Shown one piece after another: positions 36,055 through 49,434 of a stretch of DNA of 64,000 nucleotides; position 1 is the first letter of the stretch, and every line of letters starts with the position of its first letter. Location of the stretch: assembly GCF_001194135.2 (NCBI RefSeq), contig NC_069002.1, positions 13,078,552-13,142,551 on the forward strand. The letters run 5' to 3'. This DNA comes from Octopus bimaculoides (lineage: Eukaryota). The notes beneath the pieces are model-generated. The model had not been told where the DNA came from. It saw only the letters and a program-made list of their open reading frames with translations, and did not search any database. The translations under genes were made by a program, and so were the position numbers.

Positions 36055-39000
36055 CTGAAAAAGGAAGAATTAAAAAGCAATATTACATAATGATTCTAAT
36101 ATATATTAAATTTGCAGAGCTACCCTGCTATGCCCAGATTTTTTTATTATTATTATTACTACCAGAAGAGTGACTGATGAAGGGATATTACAGAGACAAG
36201 TTACAAAAAGTGTCCAAGTTTACAGAAAAATCAAAGACGGAAAAAGATAAGAGCAAACTGGTAAACAGAGGATAGAAAAATGTCAGAGACCCCAGAGAGG
36301 AAGATTGTCGAAACTAAATTTCAAAGTGCCATGTAAAAAGCACTCAGCCCACTCTAGTATGGTGCAGGCTTCTGCTTGACCAGCTCCTGTCAAACCGTCC
36401 AACCCATGCTAACATGGACGGAGGATGTTAAATGGTGATGACAATGATGAACATCACATACCAAGAGTAAGCAGCCACTACATAGCTGTTGTTCCCTAGC
36501 CTACAGACACTTACTGAGCACAGACCTGTTTATTCTTACAAACTCTCATTGATCTTTCATCAAACTAACAGGAGGACAGCACACTCCTCTCCATCCTCAA
36601 TCATCCTTTCCAAGTGGAATTTGAAACAAAATCAATGTGGTCTTAGCCAAAGAAGAAAGTCTCTACTACACAACCATTTTTGCTATGACCACCACACAGA
36701 GGAATACTGTTAAACAATCCTGGCTCCATTAAAGCAGCAAGGTAACCTTCATGATGGACTTGGCCAATAGACAGATCCATTCTACTTATGATGACAACTG
36801 CTTGACAAAACTCCACAAGTCAGCGATGCCGAGACAGGCACAGATGACAGCAGGAAGATGATAACGATGATGATGATGACAAATAGTAGGACAAACCTTT
36901 GCAGCCCTTGGATGCTTGCAAGCACGTTTAAATAAGGCATCTGTTGCCAGTTTTGTGCGCCGGAGAACAAACTCAAATGATGGTCCCATGTCAGAGAGTT
37001 CAATATAAGGAGTGCGGCAACCAGACTTCTTCAGTGTTATTCTAGAAATAAAGCAGGAGAAAAAAATGTACTCAAGTTAAATATATATGTGTTTGTGTGT
37101 GAACACACACACACACACACACAAAATAATGCATATTAAACATCATATAAGATCAATTGTTGATTTATTGAAGTGCTTTTTGTGTGACACTATCACCACT
37201 GCTTTTTTATGTGGCACCAGCACCAGTGCTTTTTACATGATACCAAGTTTCAAACAAAAATCATCCTGGGTTTTATCTGTGAAGTTGTGCTAATATTACA
37301 TGCTTTAATGCAGTCCCACTGCATGGCACCTTGGGCAAGTGTCTTCTACTATATCCTCGGGCCAACCAAAACCGACAACCAATGCTAGTGTGTTAACGTC
37401 CCCATATCTTAGCAGTTCGGCAAAAGAGACCAATTACAAGGCTTCCAAACAATAAGTCCTGGGGTCAATTTGCTTGACTAAAGGCGGTGCTCCAGCATGG
37501 CCGCAGTCAAATGACTGAAACAAATAAAAGAATAAAGAAGAAAAAAAAAACACTGACAATGTCACCAATTTGGGCTATTTACTAAACCTGGAATAATGAA
37601 AAGTGAAGGTGACTAACCAAGTAGTTAGGATGCTGCAGTCACAATTGCAAGATAGTGGTTTCAATTCCCTGACAGGAAGGTGTGTTGTGTTTATGAGCAA
37701 AACTTTTCATTTCACATTGCATCATTTCACTGAGCAGCAAATGAACAACTCTGCAAAGGGCTGGCATTTCATTCAGAGGTGCTGTTGTAATCTTGGTCAT
37801 TTATGCACCACGGAAACCAGGTAACTAGCCCCATGAATTCTAGGACTTCAGACAATAATGTCCAGGAGTTGATGACAATAATGACTGATGAAAAATGATC
37901 CCAGTAGAATTTGAACTCATAGTGAAGTGAATTGAAAAAAGTTTTGCAAAATACTCTATTTGATTCTAATAACTTTGCCATTAGAAAAAAATGGATGAGG
38001 GGGGGGGGAACATTTTTGAGCAAAGGTTTATTTGAACACAACTGACCATGGGCTAAACAGCTACAATATGCTAGCATCAGTAGTTCAATACCTTACCAAA
38101 CACACTGTAGCTAACGTAACTTTAAAAAAAAAAAAAATAGGGGAGAGAGCAGGGCTTTTGTATACATATATAAAAATGACTTACTTATAATTCCGCATGT
38201 AAATCTTGCCGTCTGCTGCAACGAACATGATAACGTGTTCCAACCCTGCCAGACGTACATTATCAACAACAGCACCACGAAAGAAGTCTGTAATAAAAGA
38301 TAAAGAATGGAAATATTAACCATAAGCCTTGTGAGTGTATTTGGTAGACGTATATATATATATAAAGGGGCAGAAATAGTAACGAGCCATTTAACGGTAA
38401 ATTTAAATATGGACGAAATCTAGAAATACGGTATTGATCTCCAAATTTTGATTTTTTGTTTGATTTATTTATTTGTTTGTTTGTTCTAAAAGATTATTCC
38501 CCGAAGACGTGTATGGCAACTTATATGTTTGACTTAAACTTGACGGTCAAATATAGCTTTATACAGAAATGTTGACATTGGAATAAATTACATTGATATG
38601 GATATTAGCGTCAAATCTCTCTCTTAAATGTAAAAATTTAAAACTTTGGATATATATATATATATATATATTTGTAAGTGTGTATGTCTTTGTGTCTGTC
38701 TCCCCACCATCGCTTGACAACTGATGTTGGTGAGTTCACATTCCAGTAACCTAGCAGTTCGGCAAAAGGAACCGATAGAATAAGTACTAGGCTTACAAAG
38801 AATACGTCCTAGGGTCGATTTCTTTGATTAAAACCCTTTAAAATGGTGCTCCAGCATGGCTGCAGTCAAATGACTGAAACAAGTAAAAGAATAATGTTAC
38901 TGCCTCAAACTGCACCCTTTCCTCCCCCTGCATGCATAAGGCCCAAGATGTTACACAGCTGGATTGAACCCAGACGCCACATAGGTGCAAAACTAACTTA

Positions 39001-42000
39001 TTAACTAAATAGCCAGGCCTGTCAAATATTTGAAATATTGAATCGATATAAAAATAAAAAGAGGCCATCACCATCATCAATACAACAACTTACCAATAAA
39101 TAAATTCTTTAATCGTACATAATCAGCATCTTGTTCAAATGGATCTCCAGCAAATAAAAGACATGGCTTGGTTCCCAAAGAGACTTTGGAACTCTGCAAA
39201 AGAAGAAATAGTTTTTTTTAAAAATCAGTTGATTTTTTTTTTTCCTTATTACATTTCAATTTTGAATTTTAGAAATATTGCATTGAAGAGTGCTACTGCT
39301 ATTTAGCTCCAAGAAACACCCTTTCTAGTTGGTTACGTGACACAAGCATTCTGTGTCCTCAAGTTTTCAAACAGGGATGATAAGCACCTCCACCCAACAA
39401 AATCAGCATCCAGATGGTGTTTCTTGGAGCTAAATAGCAGAAGCACTCTTCCCTTTCCTGGGACTGCCACATTAAGTTGGCATCAAATCATCATTTTTGA
39501 ATTTGTTTTGCAAGAATTTTGCAGTATAAGCAAGTGTTGATATTACTGTACTTCAGAGAGTGCCATCATTTTACCAATAAAACACACGTATTAGTTTAGG
39601 CTTGGTTCAGTTTTATTAATTAATCAATAAACCAATAGGCTGTGTGGTAAAAAGTTTGCATCCCAACATAGTTTTGGGTTCAGTCCTAAATTGTGGCTGG
39701 GGCTGTCTACTATAGCTCTGCATCAACCAAAGCCTTGTGAGTGAATATGGTTGAAGGAAACTGTGTCAAAGTCCATCAAGTATCATATTCATCATTTAAT
39801 GTCATTTTCCATGTTGGCATGAATTGGACGGTTTGATCAGAGCTGGTGAGCGGAACTGCACCAGGTTCCAGTCTGATTTCGCTTGTTTTCTATAGTTGGA
39901 TGCCCTTCCTAATGGCAACTACTTTACAGAGTGTAGCAGGTGCTTTTTCAGGTGGGTTGCCATTAAAAGGGTCAAGGGTTTCAATCTCAATGCACAGTAT
40001 GCCTTCAGCCAAAATGCCTTCTATGATAGTCGAATGAAATTTGGTAGACAGAAATTGCAAAAACACATGTCTTGCATGTATATCTTTTACCAAAGGGGCT
40101 TCAGAACTACCACAAACTTAACTTCCTCAAAGATAAATAAAACAAATTCATATATTTACCTTCTCATCCATCATTGATTTGAACTCTTCAATTCCTAATT
40201 CTATCATGTCCATCACATGATGATCAAAAAATCGACCTTAAGGATGCAAATATAAAAAGAAAGGATCAAATATGGCGAACGGTATTTTTCTGAAGAATCA
40301 ATAAACACACATACACAGGTTATCTTGGAAGTAATAAATAACAATAGATTAATTCTTTACCAATGACTAAATTTGCAGGTTTTTTCTTGGAATGTGAACC
40401 AAACATAAACAAGGAAGCATCAGATCTGGCAGAAAAAAAATCCTGAAATTAAAAATAATAAAAATAGATTAAAAAATAATTGAAGTTAAATAAAGACATA
40501 ATAAAATGAATTATTAGCATTGGAAGTAGTGTTAATCCTTTAGCATTTAAACTGGCCAAAATATTCTAGCTGTTTTTGTCCAAGCCAGCCAGATCTGGCC
40601 TCTTATACCTTACCCTACAATGTCATTCTAAAACTAAACAATCACATCATTGAAATCTCAAAGCCACGAGATACTGCATGATCAATCCAAAACGTGTTGG
40701 CACTCCATCGCTTACGACGTTGAGGGTTCCAGTTGATCCGATCAACGGAACAGCCTGCTCGTGAAATTAACGTGAATTAACGTGCAAGTGGCTGAGCACT
40801 CCACAGACACGTGTACCCTTAACGTAGTTCTCAGGGATATTCAGCGTGACAGTGTGACAAGGCTGACCCTTTGAATTACAGGCACAACAGAAACAGGAAG
40901 TAAGAGTGAGAGAAAGTTGTGGTGGAAGAGTACAGTAGGGTTCGCCACCATCCCCTGCCGGAGCCTCGTGGAGCTTTAGGTGTTTTCGCTCAATAAACAC
41001 TCACAATGCCCGGTCTGGGAATCGAAACCGAGATCCTATGACCACGAGTCCGCTGCCCTAAACACTGGGCCATTGCGCCTTCACTTGCAACAGAATAATC
41101 TGAATGCTAAAGAGTTAATACAAAAAGCTGATCTTTATAACCAATGGGTGTCTTGTTAAAACATTGCATGCTTGTTATTAACATCGAGAAATCTTTTCAT
41201 TCAGGCACTTGGTGTCTAAAAGGACACACATAGACCATAGCAGACGAGAATTGCCTGTCATGGGCACTGGAACTCCAACTTCACATGATTTCATTCAATT
41301 GGAAATCATCAGTGGGAGAGGTGTCATGACAAATAACTAATTTTTAATAAACTTGCTGGCTATTTGCGACTTCAGAGTCTAAAAAGATGCTGATGCTTTA
41401 TATATCATAGTAGCAAGATTTGACTGGTATGTGGTAACCAGATACCTCACACTGATTTCCAATAGACTGAAATCATGCGATATGGGAGTTCTGGTGCCCA
41501 TGACAGACTATTCTTGTCTGCTATGATCTATGTGTGTGCAAAATTACTAAGTAATGGGGACGTAATCAAACGAGGACCAGTTGTCAAACAACAATGGTGG
41601 GGCCAATCACAAAGAAACACACACATCTTTATCTACATATATATCATAATCACTTAGACACATCAGATTCTGTCAAACCGTCCAATCCATACCAGCATTA
41701 AATGACGACGATGATGATATATCTGTCTACTTATCAATATATGTGTGTATAAATATATATACACACACACACACACAATGGGCTTCTAGACAATTTTCAT
41801 CATCAACGAAATTCACTCACATGGCATTGGTTAGCCCAGGGCTATAATAGAAGAAACATGCCCAAGGTGAAGTGGGACTGAACTCAAAACCACATAGTTA
41901 CAAACCAAGCTTCCTATCTGCACAGCCATTTCCTGCACCAATTATACTTGGATAATTTCCATAAATCAAACAAAATATTACGAAACTCTAAAAGAATCTC

Positions 42001-44385
42001 TAAAATTTCCGGTACTTACCAAAGAATTTTCACTCTCAAATGGCCGAATAATATTTTTCCTAAGAAAACAAAAATAATTAAACATTATTACTATTATTAT
42101 TACATGTATAATCTAATACCAAAAATATATAAATACTTCAAATACAGGAATTTCCTCCAGAAAAACATTTGTTTATTCCAATTTTTCTCTATTTTTCTTC
42201 CTTCATGTAATTTGCAATTTACGGAAACAAATATTAAGGAGGCAAGTTAATAGAATCATTAGCTGGCAGAAACGTTAGCACGCTGGGCGAAATGCTTAGC
42301 GGTTATTTCTTCTGTCTTTACATTAAAAGGTGGTGCTCCAGCATGGCCGCAGTCAAATAACTGAAACAAGTAAAAGAATACCACACAAAATCTTGTCTTA
42401 TTATTATCATTAATGACGAGCAGGATCAAAAGTTTAGCAGTATTTTTGCCCGTTGCTACGTTCTGAGTTCAAATTCCGCTGAGGTCAACTTTGCCCTCCA
42501 TCCACCTGAAACTGCTCTTAGTTCAATGATACAAGACTCTAGAATTCAGATCACATTGTTTTGAATTAAACATGCATTATCTCATGGCTTTGAAATTGTT
42601 TATGTAATTGTATATTTACTGAATGATATTGTATGGTAGGTTTGAAGCCTGATGTGGCCAGCTTAAATGCTAAAATGTTGAAACAATCTGATCAACAGAA
42701 CAGCCTTCTTGTGAAATTAGCATGCAAGTAGCTAAGCACTCTACAGAAGTACAGGTGCACCTCATTTTTGTCAGCTGAGTGGACTGGAGCAACATGAAAT
42801 CAAGTGTCTTGCTCAAGTATACAAATGCTCTGCCAGGAATCAAATTCATGCCCTTACAACTGTGAGCTGAATACTCTAACCACTAAGCCATGTGCCCAAG
42901 ATTAATAATAACAGTTATTTAACTAAATTCTTCATTATTTTCTTGGTTGACTCAACTTTCCTGAGTCAAGGAACTGAGCAGTGGAATCAATCATGGAGCT
43001 ACAATATGTTTGGAAAGCAGACTTCTTAAACCACGCAGCCATATCTATAATCAATTATATCATAGAAGGGGTGTCTCAGTATGGCTACAGTCCAATGAGA
43101 CTAATTGGAGAATAAAAGTTAATTAGAAGAAAAAAAAAAAAAACCCATTCCCTAATCACTCGAAGAAATTAAAAATGGATGTAAAAACCAGCAAAGACTA
43201 AAAAAGACTTTTTAAAAATCACATACCTTTTGTACATGACTGCATTGGGTTTCTTCAAGACATACTGCATAAAAAAAAAATTAATTAAAGAACAATATTA
43301 TGAATCTTGGTTCTTGGGAGGGTCATTACAACAATAATAACACAAGCACTGGTTCAATATCACTTCATTGCTAATACTAATGATTTGTAGGTACATAATA
43401 TTTCGTTATGCAACTATAATATACTATGAAGTATATTAAATGTTTTTTATGAGACAATACCAAGATCAGTGCTGGCTATAATTTCTATAGAATATATGTA
43501 GAAATAATCGTAACAAAATAATCTTCATTGTTAGTTAATTGGTTAAATAGCTAACCATTTGTTTAATGTACTGGTTAAACCAAGGCAGACCTTGGAGAAA
43601 GAGGGAAATCACTGGGAAGGTTGCAAATAGTAACAAAAGCTACTTTGACTAACAAACAACCAATTGATCATTTAACTAGTACATTAAACAAACAATTGAT
43701 TAGTTAGTTGGTTAGACATTTAACCAATTGACTAACAATAAAGAGGTGATACCGAACCAATGCATTTGTGTAATGACCCACTCAAGACACAAGGTTTGTT
43801 TCAATACACAAATTCACATAAAAAATCTTGCAAACCAACTACAAAAACAAAAGAAGAATAACACAACAGATTCATCAGCATTAACAGAACTTGAAAATGC
43901 TCTGGCATGGTTTCTACAGCTGGAGGTCCTTTCTAATGCCAACCACTTTACAGAGTGTACTGGATGCTTTTTACATGGTACCAGCACAGCTACTTTTATA
44001 CATACGAGTATCATCATCCGACAAACAAGGTTGTTCATTTCCAGTCCTCCCTGGAATCATGTCCAGCCATGGGAAAATATTACCTTACTTGGAAACAAGT
44101 GAGGATTGGTGACAGGAAGGGCATCCTACTACAATAAAAAAATCTCTTGCAACAAATTCTGCCCAACCAATATCCATTCATGGGATACTCTCTCTTTTAC
44201 TTGTTTCAGTCATTTGACTGTGGCCATGCTGGAGCACCGCCTTTAGTCGAGCAAATTGACCCCCAGGACTTATTCATTAGAAGCCTAGTACTTATTCTAT
44301 CGGTCTCTTTTGCCGAACCACTAAGTTACGGGGATGTAAACACACACACCAGCATCGGTTGTCAAGCGAAGTTGGGGGGACAAAT

Positions 44386-44436
<51 letters not shown>

Positions 44437-45890
44437 TACGACGGGCTTCTTTCAGTTTCTGTCTACCAAATCCACTCACAAGGCTTTGGTCGGCCCGAGG
44501 CTATAGTAGAAGACACTTGCCCAAGGTGCCACGCAGTGGGACTGAACCCGGAACCATGTGGTTGTAAGCAAGCTACTTACCACACAACCAGGGGTCTAGC
44601 AAAATTGAGGTGTATCTTATAAATTAGTGTATCGCATATGCCAAGAGATTTGCATGGTCTGAGGAGACCTGAAAGACTACACAAGAACAACAACACTTAC
44701 GATATCTCTCAAAGCTTTAGTGACAGTTTCACTCGTGTTCCCTCCTTTGATAATCATGGCCACTTTGGTATTTTCAAAGATTTTTGGTTCTCTTCGTTCC
44801 AAGGTTCGTTTCCCTTTCTGGGTCTTGGTAGGTCTACAAAAGAGGGGAGGGACGAAAATCAATTTACAATATTCATTTTACAACTACTATTAATAAGGCC
44901 CGTGAGCTTGTAAGGATCGTTAGCATGTTGGACAGAATGCTTAGCGACGTTTTCTTTCGTGTTCGGAGTTCAAATTCTGCGGATATCGACTTTCAACCTT
45001 TGAAATACAGGTACAACAGAAACAGGAAGAAAGAGTGAGAGAAAGTTGTGGTGGAAGAGTACAGCAGGGTTCGCCACCATCCCCTGCCGGAGCCTCGTGG
45101 AGCTTTAGGTGTTTTCGCTCAATAAACACTCACAGCGCCCGGTCTGGGAATCGAAACCGCGAGTCCGCTGCCCTAACCACTGGGCCATTGCGCCTCTACT
45201 CTTTCGGATATTCTTGTGACAAACATCGCCATAATTTTGCCTTGTTTCCTTCAACTTGTAGCCACTTTCATCATAAATTCTATCGTATGGTTCATAGTTT
45301 CTAAACGAATTCTTTGAAAATGATGGCAAAGGTAAAGAATACGTACACCCGGTGGTTAGGGTTAGGTCGAAAACGAGTGGTGTGCGTATTCTTTACCTCA
45401 TCCAAAATCATATATTAAAACGACTGTCAGCATTTATCTTATACTCGTTTCGATCATTCGATACGGCCATGCTGGGGTACTGCTTTGAAGGATTTCAGTC
45501 GAACAAATCGATCCGAGTACTTTTTTTAAAGCCCTGTACTTATTCTATCAGTCTCTTTTGCCGAACCGACAAGGTACGGGGACGTAAACAAACCAAAAAT
45601 CGGTTGTCTTAAGATTAATGCTTCAACGTCTTCATTCCAAATGGTCACTAGGTCCATAAATATAACCACGTATGAATGTTTTGATGGCATTTAAAGTGTG
45701 TATATAAATTTACTTTACTTTTATAATTGCATTTTCACTCTTTAAAAATCTAAACAATTAATAAATCAAATTTTTAGAAAGAAAATAACATAATTTTCGT
45801 TCTTAAAGACATTATTTTTGCTCGGGTACTCTGCAATAAAACATGAGATAAATGATAATTTAGTACGTACACAATCAACGGCAATACCAT
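35890..45890 (-). CDS. RPF2: Ribosome production factor 2 homolog (Brix domain), 10 exons: 45890-45871, 44833-44701, 43264-43227, 42059-42020, 40442-40361, 40236-40160, 39193-39094, 38287-38185, 37041-36897, 36054-35890; 903 nt, 300 aa
   Basis: Spliced translation MVLPLIV|PTKTQKGKRTLERREPKIFENTKVAMIIKGGNTSETVTKALRDI|YVLKKPNAVMYKR|KNIIRPFESENSL|DFFSARSDASLFMFGSHSKKKPANLVIG|RFFDHHVMDMIELGIEEFKSMMDEK|SSKVSLGTKPCLLFAGDPFEQDADYVRLKNLFID|FFRGAVVDNVRLAGLEHVIMFVAADGKIYMRNYK|ITLKKSGCRTPYIELSDMGPSFEFVLRRTKLATDALFKRACKHPRAAK|VQKRKNIAHDAFRNKTGRIHMERQDYSKLQTRKVKAYKARKIVEKKKKRVSTEN* is colinear with recalled RPF2. All introns are GT-AG and phases are consistent. Confidence 0.95.
36897..37041 (-). CDS. RPF2: RPF2 exon 9
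   Basis: tttctag|A ATA ... AAG|gtttgt, 145 nt; KKSGCRTPxIELxxMGPS Brix sigma70-like motif. Confidence 0.94.
38185..38287 (-). CDS. RPF2: RPF2 exon 8
   Basis: ttacag|AC TTC ... TAT AA|gtaagt, 103 nt; DFFRG and RLAGLE motifs. Confidence 0.94.
39094..39193 (-). CDS. RPF2: RPF2 exon 7
   Basis: tttgcag|AGT ... ATT G|gtaagt, 100 nt; GTKPxLxFAGD motif. Confidence 0.93.
40160..40236 (-). CDS. RPF2: RPF2 exon 6
   Basis: ttaag|GT CGA ... AAG|gtaaat, 77 nt; DMIELGIE motif. Confidence 0.93.
40361..40442 (-). CDS. RPF2: RPF2 exon 5
   Basis: tttcag|GAT ... ATT G|gtaaag, 82 nt; SLFMFGSHSKK motif. Confidence 0.93.
40702..41080 (-). mobile_element. tRNA-derived SINE family D (also 29145-29524, 44995-45194, partial 21751-21911)
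   Basis: Minus-strand head gcgcaatggcccagtg.ttagggcagcggactc..ggtttcgattcccagacc; the copies are highly similar. Confidence 0.85.
42020..42059 (-). CDS. RPF2: RPF2 exon 4
   Basis: cttag|G AAA AAT ATT ATT CGG CCA TTT GAG ... TTG|gtaagt, 40 nt. Confidence 0.9.
43227..43264 (-). CDS. RPF2: RPF2 exon 3
   Basis: atgcag|TAT GTC TTG AAG AAA CCC ... AAA AG|gtatgt, 38 nt. Confidence 0.9.
44701..44833 (-). CDS. RPF2: RPF2 exon 2
   Basis: tttgtag|A CCT ... ATC|gtaagt, 133 nt; within ORF 44677..44862(-). Confidence 0.93.
45330..45398. repeat. 69-bp mini-foldback with 20-bp inverted arms and GGTTAGGGTTAGG core, in RPF2 intron 1
   Basis: aggtaaagaatacgtacacc / ggtgtgcgtattctttacct (19 of 20 complementary). 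Confidence 0.8.
45871..45890 (-). CDS. RPF2: RPF2 coding exon 1 (MVLPLIV)
   Basis: ATG GTA TTG CCG TTG ATT GT|gtacgt; phase 2 matches the exon 2 acceptor; very short, so less certain. Confidence 0.7.
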
Positions 45891-46060
45891 TCTGACAGAT
45901 CGATGGAATCCGTTATCAATAAATAAGCAGGAGTATATTGATGCCTGTACAGATGTGAAGTAGTGGCGTTAATTCCTAATTATCAATTATCGCCAGACTG
46001 AAATAAAATAACACGTGCGTGGCTCGCAAGGACCACATCCAGGAAGTGATGTCATAGATG
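45891..46060 (-). promoter_or_regulatory. RPF2 proximal promoter candidate
   Basis: E-box CACGTG at 46012-46017 and ETS-type CAGGAAGT (GGAAGT 46042-46047) 120-160 bp upstream of the ATG, in a locally CpG-rich patch. Confidence 0.5.
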
Positions 46061-48417
46061 TTACTATAGTACAGCACTTGACAAGCAGTAAATTTACGAA
46101 ATTAGGATCGTTATGTGAATCACATTTATCTTTTTTTTCTCTTACTTGTTTCAGGCATTAGATCGCGACCATGCAGGGGCACCGCTTTGAAGAATTTTTA
46201 GTAAAATGAATCGATCCTAGTACTTATCATATTTTTAAAGCCTGGTACTTATTCTATCAGGGATTTTTATTTTTGCCAAGCCACTAAGTTACGGTGACAT
46301 AAACAAACCGGCACCGATTGTCAATCAGCGGTAGGAGACAAACACACACACACACATACGCACACATACACGCACACTTAGTGCTTTTCTTGAATTGTCT
46401 GCTCCTTCCTCCCCTCTGGACTTTTCTCCCTTTCTGATGAAGAGCCATACTCAAAACGTCATTTCCACTCCTCTTTTCCCATCTATGTGAGAGAGATAGA
46501 AGCAGTGGTGGACAGGATCTAAAAATATTGGTTGCCAGGAGACTAAGGGGCCCCACCCACAACTACAAGGCTAATGATTGTGCAAAGAAAGGTGCTGATT
46601 CTGCTCACAGGGGATTACAGCTGCTGAGTACTGACATAGATAGAGGAGTGAAGGAGAAATGGGAATTAAGGGAATGAGATGTGGAGAATGTTTGATGAGA
46701 CAGGATGGATTGCAAGCATAAATAGAATACTTTTAGGATATTAGGATATAATTTTTTGCAATGATTGATGGGTTCTTAAGCACAGAGAATCACCAATCAG
46801 TCTTTTGTTATCTCCTTTCCAAGGATCAGCATCTTGAGATCAGCCTTCAGTACTTATTCCCATATCTTCATACCTCTCTAGTCCCGGGTTCAGTCCCACT
46901 GCGTGGCACCTTGGGCAAGTGTCTTCTACTATAGCCTTGAGCTGACCAAAGCCTTGTGAGTGGATTTGGTAGACAGAAACTGAAAGAAGCCCGTCGTATA
47001 TATATGTATATGTATATATGTATGTGTGTGTGCATATGTTTGTGTGTCTGTGTTTGTCCCCCCCCCCAACATCGCTTGACAACTGATGCTGGTGTGTTTA
47101 CGTCCCCGTAACTTAGCAGTTCGGCAAAAGAGACCGATAGAATAAGTACTAGGCTCACAAAGACTAAGTCCTGGGGTTAATTTGCTCGACTAAAGGCGGT
47201 GCTCCAGCATGGCCGCAGTCAAATGACTGAAAAAAGTAAAAGAGTAATTGGAATATTAACAGATAACATCTTCACTATGATTTTCACCATTTATGATGCA
47301 AAGGTCAATGTGCTTTGCAAGATCTACATGAACCCAAAGTAATAACTCCACAAATGTCATCAATTTGAGCACATTCACTCTTTATGTGTTCCATCAAGCA
47401 TGTTGCATCTGTGATTTTCAATGAGAAAATATATATAGGTAAAATGTAATATATAAGATATATATGTAAAATATATATAACATATATAGGTAAAAAAAAA
47501 TATATTAGTTAATGAGATTGTCTATGTATCCAGACTTTAAAGACACACTGTACAATAACTGTGCACTGATCGTAGTCTTGTGAGTGAATTTGGTTAATGG
47601 AAACTGTGTGGAAGCCTGTCATATATATGTGTGTGTATGTGTGTGAGTGTGTCCTTGTGTTTGTTCTTCAACTGCTTGACAACCACTGCCGATTTGCTTA
47701 TGTTCCCATGACTTAGCAGTCAGGCAAAAGAAACTAATAGAATAAGTACCAGACCTTAAAAAAAATTGAGGTCGATTTATTCAACTAACACCCTTCAAGG
47801 TAGTGCCCCAGCTTGGCTGCAGTCCAATGACTGAAACAAGTAAAAAGATAAAAAAAGAATAAACGATATAATAAAAGAGATTATTTATTTATATTTATTT
47901 ATATAATATTTTCTGAAAAAAAAATAAAAGCGGAACATTTTATTTATTAATACATTTTTTCTGAAGAAATAAAAGAAACATGAGTGAGAAATAATTTTCT
48001 ATTTAATTTATTTTAAATTTGAATCGGCAGAAGTCCCCGCCGTGCAGAAATCCTCTTCAGAGTAAGACGAAAGATGTTAGAGTGAAATAATTCTGCAGTT
48101 GAATACGATCAATCAACGACACATGGCGATTTTCGAAAATATTACTGAATTATGTCGAGCGAGCTGGCATCGTTTGTCAGCTTATTAACAGACTTGGAGC
48201 AGATGTCATCAAGTCAGATCGGTAGGAATTTACTTCCAGCTTTCCTCTTTCTAATCTGACCAATTTCAAATATGTTTTCGTTTGTATTTCTGCTTGTTTT
48301 TCCCCCTATCACACCTCTTGTATGAAACCTCTCTCTCTCTCTCTCTTTTTTTTCCTCGTTAGTTTTACAGACTTGGAGCTGATGGATTTTAGGTAGAAAA
48401 TCGCTTCGAACTATGAA

Positions 48418-48911
48418 CGATTTATAACCTGATCAATATTGGATATATTCTCCTTTCTATTTACGATCACCTTCGTTTCTTTATCTTCTCTCCTGTCATC
48501 TATCAAAACCCCTTTTAATTAAGGTTGCCAAACACAGCAAGCAAGGTACTTCATTTAACCCTTAATAACCAACGAGACTATTTTATGATAGTGAATCCTA
48601 GATTTATGTTTGCTCCTCTTCTTTCATAAAAATACCAATTATTAGGACACTCCTCTTACTATAAGCGATTTATAACCTGATCAATATTGGATATATTCTC
48701 CTTTCTATATATGATCACCTTCGTTTCTTTATCTCCTCTCCTGTCATCTATCAAAACCCCTTTTAATTAATTAAGGTTGGTCATTCACAGCAAGCAAGGT
48801 ACTTGAATTAACCCTATAACCATCTAGACAATTTTAATGATACTGAATCCTAGATTTATGTTTGTTCCTCTTCTTTCCTAAAAATACCAATTATTAGGAC
48901 ACTCCTCTTAC
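48418..48911. repeat. Tandem duplication of a unit of about 248 bp (48418-48659 and 48666-48911)
   Basis: Both copies start cgatttataacctgatcaatattggatatattctcc and end taccaattattaggacactcctcttac, with scattered substitutions. Confidence 0.9.
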
Positions 48912-49375
48912 CGTATCATAAAATTGCAAAAGAAATAGAAATATTATTTCAATCTTTGAACTATAAATATATTAAAAAAAAAAGAAATACTATGTGAGAA
49001 ATAAGTTGATATTAACGGTACACGAAGAATTCGTACAAATTCGATATTACATTGAGAAATATATATTTCAAATGAATAATTACACTACAGACAGTGTTAA
49101 TCGAAAGATTATTTCAAAATAAAATATTTATTACTTTTATGTCCAGCTTACAATAATGATCTCTCTCATACTACTCACACACACACACACATATATATGT
49201 ATTCACACCAAATTAAAATTGTCAATTAATATTTACACTGGATATAGTTTTGGATATAGTTTTAAGTGTATGTAAAAGAAATATTTCACAGAAATTGTTT
49301 TTACTTTTCTGTTCAGGAAACAATATAACTCTTGGTTTCAGTTTCACTGTAACTGATTATACACTCCCTCTGCGC

Positions 49376-49434
<59 letters not shown>

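Noticed and set aside
35890-45890. Intronic snoRNAs in RPF2
   Set aside because: No convincing C/D box pair with terminal stem or H/ACA structure seen by eye; an Infernal/snoscan run would be needed
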